Shown here in pieces: positions 12,742 through 24,388 of a stretch of 64,000 nt of DNA; within the stretch, counting starts at the first letter, position 1; every line of letters starts with the position of its first letter. A program made the translations under genes and the position numbers. The notes under the pieces are model-generated. The model searched no databases and was not told the DNA's origin. It was given only the letters and a program-made list of their open reading frames with translations. This DNA is from Macrostomum hystrix. Taxonomy: Eukaryota > Animalia > Platyhelminthes. The stretch covers positions 1-64,000 of the forward strand of contig CATNEN010000012.1 of assembly GCA_950097015.1 (NCBI GenBank), read 5' to 3'.

Positions 12742-15700
12742 TCAGACCTCGTCTTGCTCAGCAGGGCGCGACTTTTCAGCTGGTATTAGCTGCATTCCAA
12801 TGCCGAAATCTGGCGGGTCTGAAACACATTTTTGTTAGTTAAATTAGTTTGCCAAGATTATATTTAAAAAATACTGCAGCGGAAGCGGACCAGCAGCAGC
12901 AGCAGACTGCAATTAGTAAGTTTATTTTAAAAAATGCACGCAAACACTTTAACGGAAACAGAAAAGAAAACGAAAAGTGTACGGTAGAGAGAAAATGTAA
13001 ATTATTCAAATTTGGTTCTGTTTCTTTTTTTACAGGAAAATATTACATGATTTGATGACCCTTCAGCGACTTCTTAAGAAAAGTTTATACTGCCCCGAAG
13101 TTTCTTGGCAACCCGACTTCAAAATCAGTTTTTGATTTCTGAAATTGGATTTCCAGAAAGGCCTGCAGGAGCTGTCTTAAAATCGGATTCGCTTAGGACT
13201 GTCATGTACCTATTTTTAGATGGCTTTTGGGAATCGTTTTCAAAATTTTGGATTCGCCAAGATCTAGAAGGACGGATGTGATGCTATTTTTAGAAAGGCT
13301 TGCGAAAATACTCTTTAATTGTCCTCCATTAGAGCAATGAGTGTTTGACCCCAGCCAATTAGGTTTTGAAGGCCGATTTCGATGAAGTTAATGTTGGATT
13401 AAAGAATAGATAGATAAAAATGACACAGCCAGGGGCGCAGCCTCTTAAAAGTGCACAATTGCACTTAGGGACTCGTGTCTTGCTTAAGATTGAAATAATA
13501 TCTTAGTCTCCAAGCTGTCTTGAATTCACTACCACTAACTAGCATATATTAGCTATATAAAAATAATATTAGAGGTAAATAGCAATCAGAGAGCATTGGC
13601 ATCCATGGAGTTTCTAAGTATGACTGAAAAATGACAGCTAGCTAGCAGGTCTATTAAAAACATTAAGAAAAACAATCAATTCTAGTAAAAAATATTGAAA
13701 AAAATTTTCAATTACGAGTAGCAGCCAACAAGGAATTGAACATCAAGGAAGATTAGAAATCGTCATTTTGTTATTGTTATTTCTTTAAAAGTACAAACCG
13801 TTGTCCCGATCAATCGGTGTCAGTTTAGCCGGAGTCAGCAGTCTAAAGCCTGCTTGTGCCGATTTTTTTTTGTGTTTTTTATATTGTTATTTATCATGTG
13901 TGTCCTCGAGTTTTAATTTACACAAAATTAGAATCAGTGATTCATGCAAAGCCACAGTGTTGCGGATCACGCCATTGCCACGTGCTAGACAGTCAAGCTC
14001 AAGGTCAGTCTAAATATAGTAACATAATGTCACTTAATTCGCTTATCAACTCATAGGAGTATTCAGTTGTATAATTTCAAGTGTAACTTAAAGACCGCTT
14101 TTATACCTAAGGTCACGTGACAGGTTTAAATATTGGACAAATGTCCATTCCTGATAATAAATTAGCATTATAGCATGGAAAGCATAAAGGCGATTGCTGT
14201 TTTCATGATTTTATAATTTTGCTAGGTTATAAAAGCAAGGAGGAATATTTCAACATGCTCATGCAGCAAAAAATTTTCGTCAAAATTATCTAATACGACC
14301 ATCGACTAATCACAACCTTTTTCTAACTCCTCAATAAAACTCTCTTGTGAATGCTAGGCTGACACTGTTCTATAAAAAGTTAACTCTATTTAATTAGTAT
14401 TTTATTAGTCGTTATTCTAGCTGAAATATTTAAAGTTTTATTCACAAAAATGACTTAAGCGTTACTATCAGTAGAGTGAGACGACACGTTCTCTTGGTAG
14501 TAACAAATTTCCTACCGGCCGGCACAACGGGTCTCGGATGAACGCGTCTCTGCTGGTCCGCGGCCGTCTCATCAGCGTGAAACACCACAGCGGTTGCTGG
14601 GCCGAATGGAGGAACCGGAACAGCCACGTCCGCTACCGTGTCGGTGACACGGTTGAACAGCCCGAACTCCGGCTGGGACTGAAAGTCGAGTTGCGGCGAG
14701 TCGACAGGTCGATTCAATTCTCGCCTTTGCCTGCGGCGTCGTCTTTTTGGTTGAGTTCTGCACAGATGAATAGGGAAATTATCCTGGTTTGGCGGAGAAA
14801 CAACACATCCTGTACTACAAATAAATATTAATTACCTCGTCACCGCAGGTGCATCGCTGTCGTCACTGTAAATTCAGATTTGTTTGAGACAAGTTATTTT
14901 CAATCTCAGATACTTTTATTTACTCGTACAATAGAAAGAACACGCTATTTTCCCGCTGGAGAAGGACCACGGGCTATTTCAAATGCTCACTGCCTCCGTC
15001 ACGACAGCTCCCAAACCGAATGACCGATTTTTGTGAAAGTCCACCATCTGATTCAAAATTTTCCGCCCTTCACCATGAACTAACTTTCAAAGCCGTCCGA
15101 GTCAGCATCGTCGAGACATTCAGCGTCTATTTTCGGAGACCTTGGTGACAAGGACAACTATAATAATAATAATAATAATTGCAGGAGGGCTGCGGGCAAT
15201 GGCACATTATTTGGTGACACTAGACCCGCAGGCGATTCTGCCCATTTCGCTGACTCCTGAGCACACACGCGCACAGATAACGTACGCAGGCATACGCTCA
15301 AACAGGTGTGTACATCTGCCCTGACTTTCTCATCGTCAGGCAGTGTGCATTTCACTGTGCCTTGGAGGTTAGCCGTCAAGGGCGTAAATTGCACGACAAG
15401 CCCCCAAGCCTTCTCTCCGCAGCTGCGCCCCAAATAAATGTGGCCTCGCCGTGGAATCGAACTTAGCGACCGTGGTGCGAGAGGCAAACGCGTTAACCGC
15501 TCTGCCACCGACCCGCTATGACTAGGACAACTAACATAGCTCTTTATAAACATTGCTCTAAGGCGAATCAATATTGGTTCAATAAAAAAATTAAAAGTTT
15601 TAAAATTCAATCCAAAATATTCAACAAAGATAGCCGACATGCTTACATGATGAAATTTTGTGAGCAGAAAAAATTATGCCCTAAGTTAGTGGTTTTTGCC

Positions 15701-18700
15701 ACCTGACACCCCTGATATCTGGACGATGCCTGTGTTTTGTGACTCCGGAAGTGGTTTTATCGGATAGATCAGAAAATTTTAGCCCAAGTTCTGGATTTCC
15801 ATGGCGATTGGTTGAGCATTTTGGGAGATACAGAAAAAATGAAAAGTCTGGGTATTTGTAATGCCCCCCCGAAGTCTTTCTGTGAAAAGGAAGAAAAATA
15901 TAATTAGGACATTGCCTTTACTCCAAAGAGAATTATAGCTTGTTAACCAAATAAACTAGCAACACTTTGGAACTCACGGCGAGAAGTATCTGGAATTCAG
16001 GTGATTTTAGTATTGGGGGTATTAATAATGCCAATGTTTCTAATAATAAGTTCTAGTCGTTAACACAACGTTTATGGAAAGCTAGCAGCATGACTCTACT
16101 AACAGTGTGTGCGAAATAGCCAGTCACTAATTGATCACAGCAAACAGTTTATAAATGCAAGTTAGCAAAATTCGAAATGAGCACGAACAATAATAAAAAC
16201 AATGCTTCTAGAAACAAGGACGACATTTAGGCTCTAGAAATAGGCTATAAATAGATTGAGAAATCCCAATTAGGGATAACGTACGATGCGAAATGGGAAG
16301 CGAAGCTGCCCATGCTGGCTATGGACTCCTCGCCGTCCGAGATTGCGCTGCAAAACATTTTTTCAAATTTGGTATTTCCAATTGCGAGTTACACTGATTG
16401 ATCCCACACACACACAGTCAGTGGGAGACCATGCCCTCACCCACATCCCACACACCCAGTCAATGGGAAACCATGCCCTCACCCACATCCCACACACCCA
16501 GTCAATGGGAGACCATGCCCTCACCCACATCCAACACACCCAGTCAATGGGAGACCATGCCCTCACCCACATCCCACACACCCAGTCAATGGGAGACCAT
16601 GCCCTCACCCACATCCCACACACCCAGTCAATGGGAAACCATGCCCTCACCCACATCCCACACACCCAGTCAATGGGAAACCATGCCCTCACCCACATCC
16701 AACACACCCAGTCAATGGGAGACCATGCCCTCACCCACATCCCACACACCCAGTCAATGGGAGACCATTCCCCACCCACATCCCACACAAACAGTGGGGA
16801 AGTGATACCTCTAAATCCCACACCAAATAGTATAGACGCATTTACATAAACGGAATAAATATGAACGATAGATAAAATGTGGACTGAATCCGGACTTACT
16901 TAATGTTGCCAGAATTCAGGATCTTTGGCACTCGATAGCGTTCCTAGCCAAGGAAAATATAGACAAACTCTTTTTCGTTGTCTTAAGAACTGGTTGCTAT
17001 GGCAATTGGATGAAGCGACAATGCGAAACAATCGGAACTTACTCTTCTCATCTGCAGATGAACTTGCGATGGGACATCCGGAATGACCGCACTGATGAAG
17101 TACTTCATTCCGAGAACCACATTCTGGTTTTCATAATAATTTATGTTATAATTTTGTAACGAACATAACGCAATTTAAATTATATATTGCGAACTCACCT
17201 CCACAATGAGCACAATGCAAAGCTTGGCTGGCAGATTATTCAGCGACTCTTCATACTGTGGCAGCTTCACCCACGAGGCTGTGAACGCAATAATGCACGC
17301 GTTGCTAATGACGCCGGCAACGTTGAGAAACTCTACAATTTCGTGCCACATGCCGATGTTCTGCGCCATCATTGCCACCGGGCGGCGAAAGTTCCACAGC
17401 ATTCGATGGGCATCCGTGGCGTTGTCGAAAAGGTTGGTGAGCAGGGCGATCAGCGGCGCCAACGGGAAGGAGGCGGCGAACAGCTACAAAAGTTCAAGGT
17501 TAGTAAGTCATGCAAAGCTATAGTGTTTTAGATCACGCCATTGCCACGTGCTAGACAGTCAAGCTCAAGGTCAGTCTAAAAATAGTAACGAAATGTCACT
17601 TAACTAGCCATTAACGGAATATTCCGTTTTACGAGTATACCCCTTTATGTGTAACTTTTGGATTTCGCTCATGGACCAAAGGTCGCGTGATAGTTTTTTA
17701 GCCAATGGCAAGAATTCTTCGTGGGTTGCCCCTGAAACCAGTTCGGCGATTCCCAAGGTCATCCGCCCAAAACGTAGAAAATTCCTCACCATGAGGAAGC
17801 CAAACTGGATAATTTTCTCCATGTACTCTTCCGTAGTAAAATCGTCGATGGAGAACTTGTTGTATTCGTAAACGATATACGCGTTGACATCGGTGGGCCG
17901 AGGCGGCGGTGTCTCGGCGGAGTCCACCTGCCTGCCGCGACTGACGCGGCGCCGAATGGACCGAAAGGACCGGATTATGAGACTGAAATCATTGGGATGG
18001 GGTTTTGAGTTAGCGTCGCGTAACTATGGATAATGTTCGTCAAAAATGTCTAATTATATGATGCGTTTATATCTTTGTTTATTTAAACTACGTGGGCGCG
18101 GCTAATCGTAACGGAATCACGCGCCTAGCTCGTGCCGAACTCTCAAGGTCGGTCTAAAAAGATCACATAATGCTCCTGTTACTAATATAGCTTTTCATTC
18201 AAGAAATACAATTCATGTATAACGGAAAAGAATGCAAAAATAGTTTTTAGTACAATAAAACAAATAGAAATAAATCAGATGGTTTTCGGTCTTCGCTCAA
18301 AGGCAGGCTTCTCCACTTTGAAGAATTTACATAATAGGCGCATTGTACAGGTGCATGTGGACTTTATGACGCGCATTTCTGTATTCTATGCTCCAATGTT
18401 GTTATAAGTAACAAAATCTAATGAAAATATCGGCTCCATGTAAGTTATTCTATAATATTTTTAGTCAGATGAAATTGAAGCTACTTAAAAAGTTTGTCCC
18501 TCATTTCATTTTATATAGTCTTGATACTAGGTTATTTTTAGATTGACCTTGAAGAATACGCGTTTTATCACGTGCAAGCAGCGTGATAAGACAAACTTCA
18601 GTTTTGCTTTCAAACACTATACATCTAAGGATGTCTAAAACAGTCGATGAGATAATAATCTATATGAAGGATGAAGTACACACGGCCTCAATTGGAAAGG

Positions 18701-21700
18701 CTTGCACTTATAGAATAGTCGAGTGCAATGCCCCATCAAATCAGTTCTACTCCGCGGGGCAAACAAAAAGCTCTAAGCGGAAGCGAGTTTCATGCACTGC
18801 CACAGGAATAGGCTCTTTCTCCTGGTTACCATGGAAACGGGTGTGCTGTAAACTATCTAAACGATGACTATAGGTAGAGAATTGGCTCATAACGATTTTC
18901 GGGTGCACATTTAGACAGAAATTTCGCTATTTGGCAACTATGCATTAGACAATAGACAGTAGACTGCAGTCAGACATTGTACGGTAACCAGGGAGGGTTA
19001 GAGGCTTATTGTTAGGTCAACATTTCTAGTCTAATGTAATAAATTTGGATTCGTAGATTATTGCCAGACATACACGAACTTTAATCAAACAGTTAAATTA
19101 ATACCTCACTGTGGCAACAAAAGAGCCAATTCTCGCCTGTGTTGTCATGGCAATTCAAACATGAATGACTGGCTGCTTTCACAAAGCAAAGTAATTTGAT
19201 TTTATTCATTCCCGGTTTAGAAGATGAAAGGAAGATTTCTAGACAAAGACAAAGCCATCATAAATAGATGGAGCTTAGGGACTAGAATTCATAAATCAAT
19301 ACGAATAATAGACACTGATTTCAATAGCTTTTGAATAGAAATTTAATGATGGGACTCACGGTAAGCCATGGTCCGTGAACAGTTTAGGCATGGGCTTGGC
19401 AATCATGAGTATTAGCACCTGCAGTGACAGCATGGACATGCAGTTACCGTCCGTGCCGCAGGTATCCACAAACTCCTGGCCCAGATTGAAAATCCCATTC
19501 TCCGGTGTGAACATGTTCTTCTGTTGGACCGGAGGAAGGCTTTCGTTAATTATTTTAATCATGAATGTACTTTTAGGTTAGTAAATTTTCCATTAAAGTA
19601 CACGTCTCACGTCTCTGAAGAATGCAATGTAGAATAATGAGCTGTAGGAGTTGGCAAATTGGAAGGCGAACAGTTTCAGAATCAGGGCATTGTCGTATTC
19701 ACTCTGTGTCCGGTGATTCTCTGCGGGTACCGGGGGAGTACAGGCTTCACATAAGCTGAGCGAACAGCTATGCAAACATATCGGAAAATGCAACTGCAAA
19801 TCCGCTTACCCCAGTTCGTCAGGGCGTACGCGATTCTGTCGTAGACCTGCGAAATCATTGCGGCTATGCATTCAGATTAGTTCTTAAGTGTCTTAACCTA
19901 GTTCTTCAGCACCTTTCACAAGTCATTCGGAGCCTTACACAAGACATTCAGTGTCTTAACCTAGTTCTTCAGCACCTTTCACAAGTCATTCGGAGCCTTA
20001 CACAAGACATTCAGCGTCTTAACCTAGTTCTTCAGCACCTTTCACAAGTCATTCGGAGCCTTACACAAGACATTCAGTGTCTTAACCTAGTTCTTCAGCA
20101 CCTTTCACAAGTCATTCAGTGTCTTTCACAAGTCATTCAGTGTCTTTCACAAGTCATTCAGTGTCTTTCACAAGTCATTCAGTGTCTTTCACAAGTCATT
20201 CAGTGTCTTTCACAAGTCATTCAGTGTCTTTCACAAGTCATTCAGTGTCTTCCACAAGTCATTCAGTGCCTTAACCTCAGTTCTTCAGTTAACCTACCCT
20301 CAGTCCTTCAGTGATCATGCGACCATTCTAGGAGCAAGAAACCAAAGTACGAGTAATAGTGACTATGACCAGCTTACCTTTCCAATGGCGATGATGAAGA
20401 CAGCATTCAGCAGCGAGCTGATGACAGCGTTCAGCAGAAGACAGTTGGTGCTGGTGACACTCGGGCACACGCGGATAGTGACGAAGATTCGATAGACAAT
20501 CACAGCGGCAACGCCGATGAACACGACGCAGATCTGTGCGAGTTGGTAAATGGGGTTTCAGAATGTGCATTTCAGGCTCCTTTAATCGTTTTTTGGTAAA
20601 TAACAAAACGTATCGATTGTCTAAAAAATGAAACGACTGCTCACCATGAGAAGCAGGATGATAAACGACGTGGCAAACTTCATGGCCTGATAGTGTCCAG
20701 GATAATAAGAATCACTCTTGCCAGTTATGGGGTCCTGAAGTAAACAGTAGCGACAGGGAGTTATAGTCAACGATGTTGCATCAACCGATATTGCAAATAA
20801 ATTAATACTTGAGATCTACAGGGAATACCTGGGACCTACAGGGAATACCTGGACCTACAGGGAATACCTGGGACCTACAGGGAATACCTGGACCTACAGG
20901 GAATACCTGGGACCTACAGGGAATACCTGGGACCTACAGGGAATACCTGGGACCTACAGGGAATACCTGGGACCTACAGGGAATCCCAGATACCCGCGGG
21001 AATCCCAGAGACCTATGGATAATCCCAGAGACCTATGGAGAATCTCAGAGATCTACGGGGAATCCCCGAGACTACGGGGAATGCCTGAGACCTATAGGGA
21101 ATACCTGGGACCTACAGGGAATCCCAGATACCCACGGGGAATCCCAGAGACCTACGGGGAATCCAAGATACCGGCGGGAATCCCAGAGACCTATGGGGAA
21201 TCCCAGAGACCTATGGGGAATCCCAGAGACCTATGGGGAATCCCAGAGACCTATGGGGAATCCCAGAGACCTATAGGGAATCCCAGAGACCTATGAGAAA
21301 TCCAAGAGATATATGGGGGAATCCCAGTGACCTATGGGGAATCCACTAGACCTACGGGGAATCCCAGAGACCTAAGGGGAATCCCAGAGACCTATGGGGA
21401 ATCCCAGAGACCTATGGGGAATCCCAGAGACCTACGGGGAATCCCTGTGACCTACAGGGGATCCCTCAGACCAACCGAAAAGAGACCTACAGAGACCTAT
21501 GGGGAATCCCAAATCCCAATCCCGTAGATCCCCGAGACCTACGGGGAATCCCTGTGACCTACAGGGGATCCCTCCCTCAGACCAACCGAAAATACCCTTT
21601 GACTAAGTCTTAATGAGTGACTGAGAAGCAGCACGAAAGTACTTCTCACTGGTCTCTCCATGGTGCCAACAAACTCAGGCCTGTCGGGCTCCGCATGCTT

Positions 21701-24388
21701 ATAGTTGTTCACGTCCCACTCGTAGGCCAGGGTGGCTCTGTACCGTTTCCACATCTCCGTATGCAGGGTGCCCCACAGGCAGATGATGATGGCGAACACT
21801 GGCGTTAACTGATTGTCGAAGGCCTCCCTAATCGTGGCCAGCATGTCATCCACAATGGCCATGATTCTGCGTGCGATATTTTTTTTGAAATTCGGTACTA
21901 AAATTAATTTTTCAAGTATGATCGGGTCTTCTTACTTGTCGATTGAAGTGCCATTCCTGGCGCTGGGTAGTTGTTGAACTCCGTGCATGTGTCGCTCAAT
22001 GCTGAAGAATCGTGTTAAATCAGAAGTATGAACTCAAATATCTGAACTATTCTGAACTATCAACTCACCTCAGCACCAAGCCGTACAAAAAGATGGCCAG
22101 GCCAATCAGCATGGGCGCCCACAGCATGCTGATCATGTGACCGGACCAGGCGAAGTAGAACGCGATCATCTCACCAAAGTATTTGCGCACCCGGTCTAAT
22201 GGCTGGTACTTGATTAGGCTGGTCCACACCTGGCCTAGACACTGTCGCTCGTCTGGCGCGTAGCTGTAATCGAATCGACAGTCGCCAATGCGGCGCGCCA
22301 ATTTCAGCTGAGCGGCGGCACTCTTTGATGTCGAATTCTGCTCCGGGAGAGTCTCAAAGTCGCCTGGGCAGCGCTTGAGCCAAGCGGCTCGGAGTCCAGC
22401 CAGCCACGGATCGTCAGCCGACGGGTCGTGCAGCACGAAGGCGTCCACGAAGGCGCCTCGATGTAGCAGCTTCGGAAGGGCTGCATTATTAAGCAGGGTT
22501 TCCATGACAACGTTCTCATTACGAATGTTGATTGTTTAACCAAGACTGACCTGTCTTGGAGACTTCCTTGTCTTCATCTGGCACATTGGAGCCGATGTCC
22601 GAGTTAATCAGAATATTGTAAGTCTGCAAGCGAACAAAACACTGACATTGAAGCTCGAGATCTTTTCCAAATCTATCAACTGTTTTTGTTTGATTGCTAA
22701 CTCGAACCCTGGAGCTCTTGGGCTCCAAGCTTGTAATTGGAGGTAGCCTGACAGTAGAAAAACTACTTCCCTCTCCCCCTGGGGAAAGACTACAGGCGTA
22801 TTTCAAATACCCACTTCACGATACCGCCCTTTTGAACTAATTTTCGAAGCCGTCCGAGTCAGCATCGTCGAAATATTCAGCAACTATTGTCGAAGACCCT
22901 GGTGACAAGAACAAGTAACATAGCTCTATGACGAATCCAAATTGGTTCAAAATGAAAAAATACAATTTAATCAATCCAAATTGTGCAGAAAAATATGCAC
23001 ATATTTGTTGTTCCTGCCACCAGGCACTCCGACGAATATCTAGACAATGTCGATGTTTTGTGATTCTGAAGTTTTATAATTGGATAGAGCGGGAAATTTT
23101 CACCAGTGTTCTGGATTTTTATTTTGAATATTTTGGGAGATAAAGAAAAATGAAAAATGTAAATGAAAAGAAAAGTCATACTGTTTTTTAAAAAAGCCGA
23201 ATGCCCCAAAGCTCTCCCTACCAGATAAGAACGAAGCGCCGGTCGAAAGAAGGTCTCCACATTCTCGTGTCCTTTGAACAGGTGCAGCTTCTCCCGCGTG
23301 AACGGGCCGCTGATATAGTCCGCTGAATCAGAGCGTTATCGAAAGTGAGATCAAGGCACTGATTTGACAAAGGCAAAAAATACATGGGAAATTGCGTACG
23401 TTCATCGTCCTCGATCAGGCCGCAGAACTGTCCCAGTTTCTTTGAAAGGTCGAAGCTTTCAAGCGGCGAAATGGACTAGTAAAATAGAAAGTAAAAAATA
23501 GAAATATAAATTAACATGAGCTGCAAATCGTAAAGCAATGTTTAAAGATTTTCGTAACAATCCTACTCTAACAACGTTTAGCATTGCAGTCGAATGTGCC
23601 GACTGCTTAACTTGGTTTGAGCACGAATTAAATTGGGGTGAAAGCAACCGGCATTTAAATGCCTTTGTAGCACGGATTTGCAAATCAAAGGGACAGTTTA
23701 GGATTTGATTGATATGGACTATTAAGTTAGCACTGCCAACAACTACAGATCACTTTTAAATTGGTTAGGCATAACCTAGGGACACAATTTAACGTGCATG
23801 GCTTTTATCAAGATCTCATAGAACAGACTGCGTTGTGAGATTATCCGCTATCTTCAGCCTACCCAGCGAACAAACGGGTGTTCCTCAGCTTCGTCAGAGA
23901 GCATGGCAGCGTCACGCACTTCCTTTTTGTTGTCGTATTCAAGAAGGGCATAAGTTTATTCTCGATGCGTCTAACAACCGAAGCGAAACTGCAATAATAA
24001 TTGCGAAACTTCAACTTACCTTGTCAAGCGCCATTTCTAACTTCAACTTTTCCGCTTCCTTGGCAAGAACATGAAAGGGCACATAGAGTTTGACGAAGAC
24101 AAGATTTTTTCCATACTCGCCGTTGTACTCATATTCCTCTGTCTCAATACCAGGTCGCTTCTTTTTAAGGACGTCAAAGTAAATTTCCCTGAGCTGTTTT
24201 GTTCTCTTATTGCCATCGCGTTTGTAGACAAGCACATAATCTATGTTTGGCAACCTGGTTTCTTCCCATCTGAATGGAAGTGAAGTGTTGGAAGAAATTA
24301 CGACCTCTGAATGCAGGTGTGCTTGGCTGCCCACGCTCATGTCGGGTATCGTGACGGCTTCATCTCTGACATTTCCACCATCAAGCAT
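12742..24388 (-). CDS. ANO: Anoctamin / TMEM16 family Ca2+-activated channel or scramblase, 20 exons, about 967 aa
   Basis: Exons 24020-24388, 23400-23475, 23222-23322, 22551-22623, 22069-22480, 21936-22001, 21650-21866, 20645-20734, 20378-20533, 19810-19846, 19611-19720, 19360-19520, 17790-17982, 17199-17483, 17043-17123, 16900-16943, 16285-16347, 14516-14757, 13799-13849, 12742-12818. GT-AG, phases consistent, 2904 nt. Motifs YQPLDRVRKYFGEMIAFYFAW, ENHRTQSEYDNAL, FANSYSSLFYIAFF, EEYMEKIIQFGF, FRRPVAMMAQNIGMW, IPDVP. The last two exons and the start codon are less certain. Confidence 0.9.
13942..14040. repeat. About 100-bp dispersed repeat, copy 1
   Basis: GATCACGCCATTGCCACGTGCTAGACAGTCAAGCTCAAGGTCAGTCTAAA is identical to the core of 17509-17603. 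Confidence 0.85.
14971..15870. mobile_element. Non-autonomous DNA-transposon-like element A (MITE-like), interrupted by a SINE
   Basis: Colinear with 22795-23207. Ends GGGCTATTTCAAA and GGGTATTTGTAATGCCCC are imperfect inverted repeats. No ORF. Confidence 0.7.
15161..15523 (-). mobile_element. Full-length tRNA-derived SINE (family 1) with (ATT)n tail and 10-bp TSD
   Basis: A-box TGGCAGAGCGG, B-box GTTCGATTCC, ATT tail. TSD AGGACAACTA at 15151-15160 and 15524-15533. Confidence 0.9.
16400..16795. repeat. 42-bp minisatellite (about 9 units) in an anoctamin intron
   Basis: Unit CCATGCCCTCACCCACATCCCACACACCCAGTCAATGGGAGA; explains the THIPHTQSMGDHAL ORF. Confidence 0.96.
17509..17603. repeat. 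About 100-bp dispersed repeat, copy 2 (a diverged third copy lies at about 18105-18170)
   Basis: Near-identical to 13942-14040. Confidence 0.85.
19888..20270. repeat. 63-bp higher-order repeat (three diverged 21-mers) followed by a 21-bp monomer array
   Basis: Period 63 at 19891/19954; period 21 (GTGTCTTTCACAAGTCATTCA) at 20161/20182. Confidence 0.93.
20815..21590. repeat. 19-20-bp minisatellite (GGGAATACCTGGGACCTACA grading into GGGAATCCCAGAGACCTATG) in an anoctamin intron
   Basis: Direct periodicity with two subtypes. Confidence 0.94.
22795..23207. mobile_element. Non-autonomous element A, uninterrupted copy, in an anoctamin intron
   Basis: Shares AAGCCGTCCGAGTCAGCATCGTCGA and GGTGACAAG.ACAA.TAACATAGCTC with 14971-15870; starts GGCGTATTTCAAATACCC and ends AATGCCCC. 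Confidence 0.72.
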
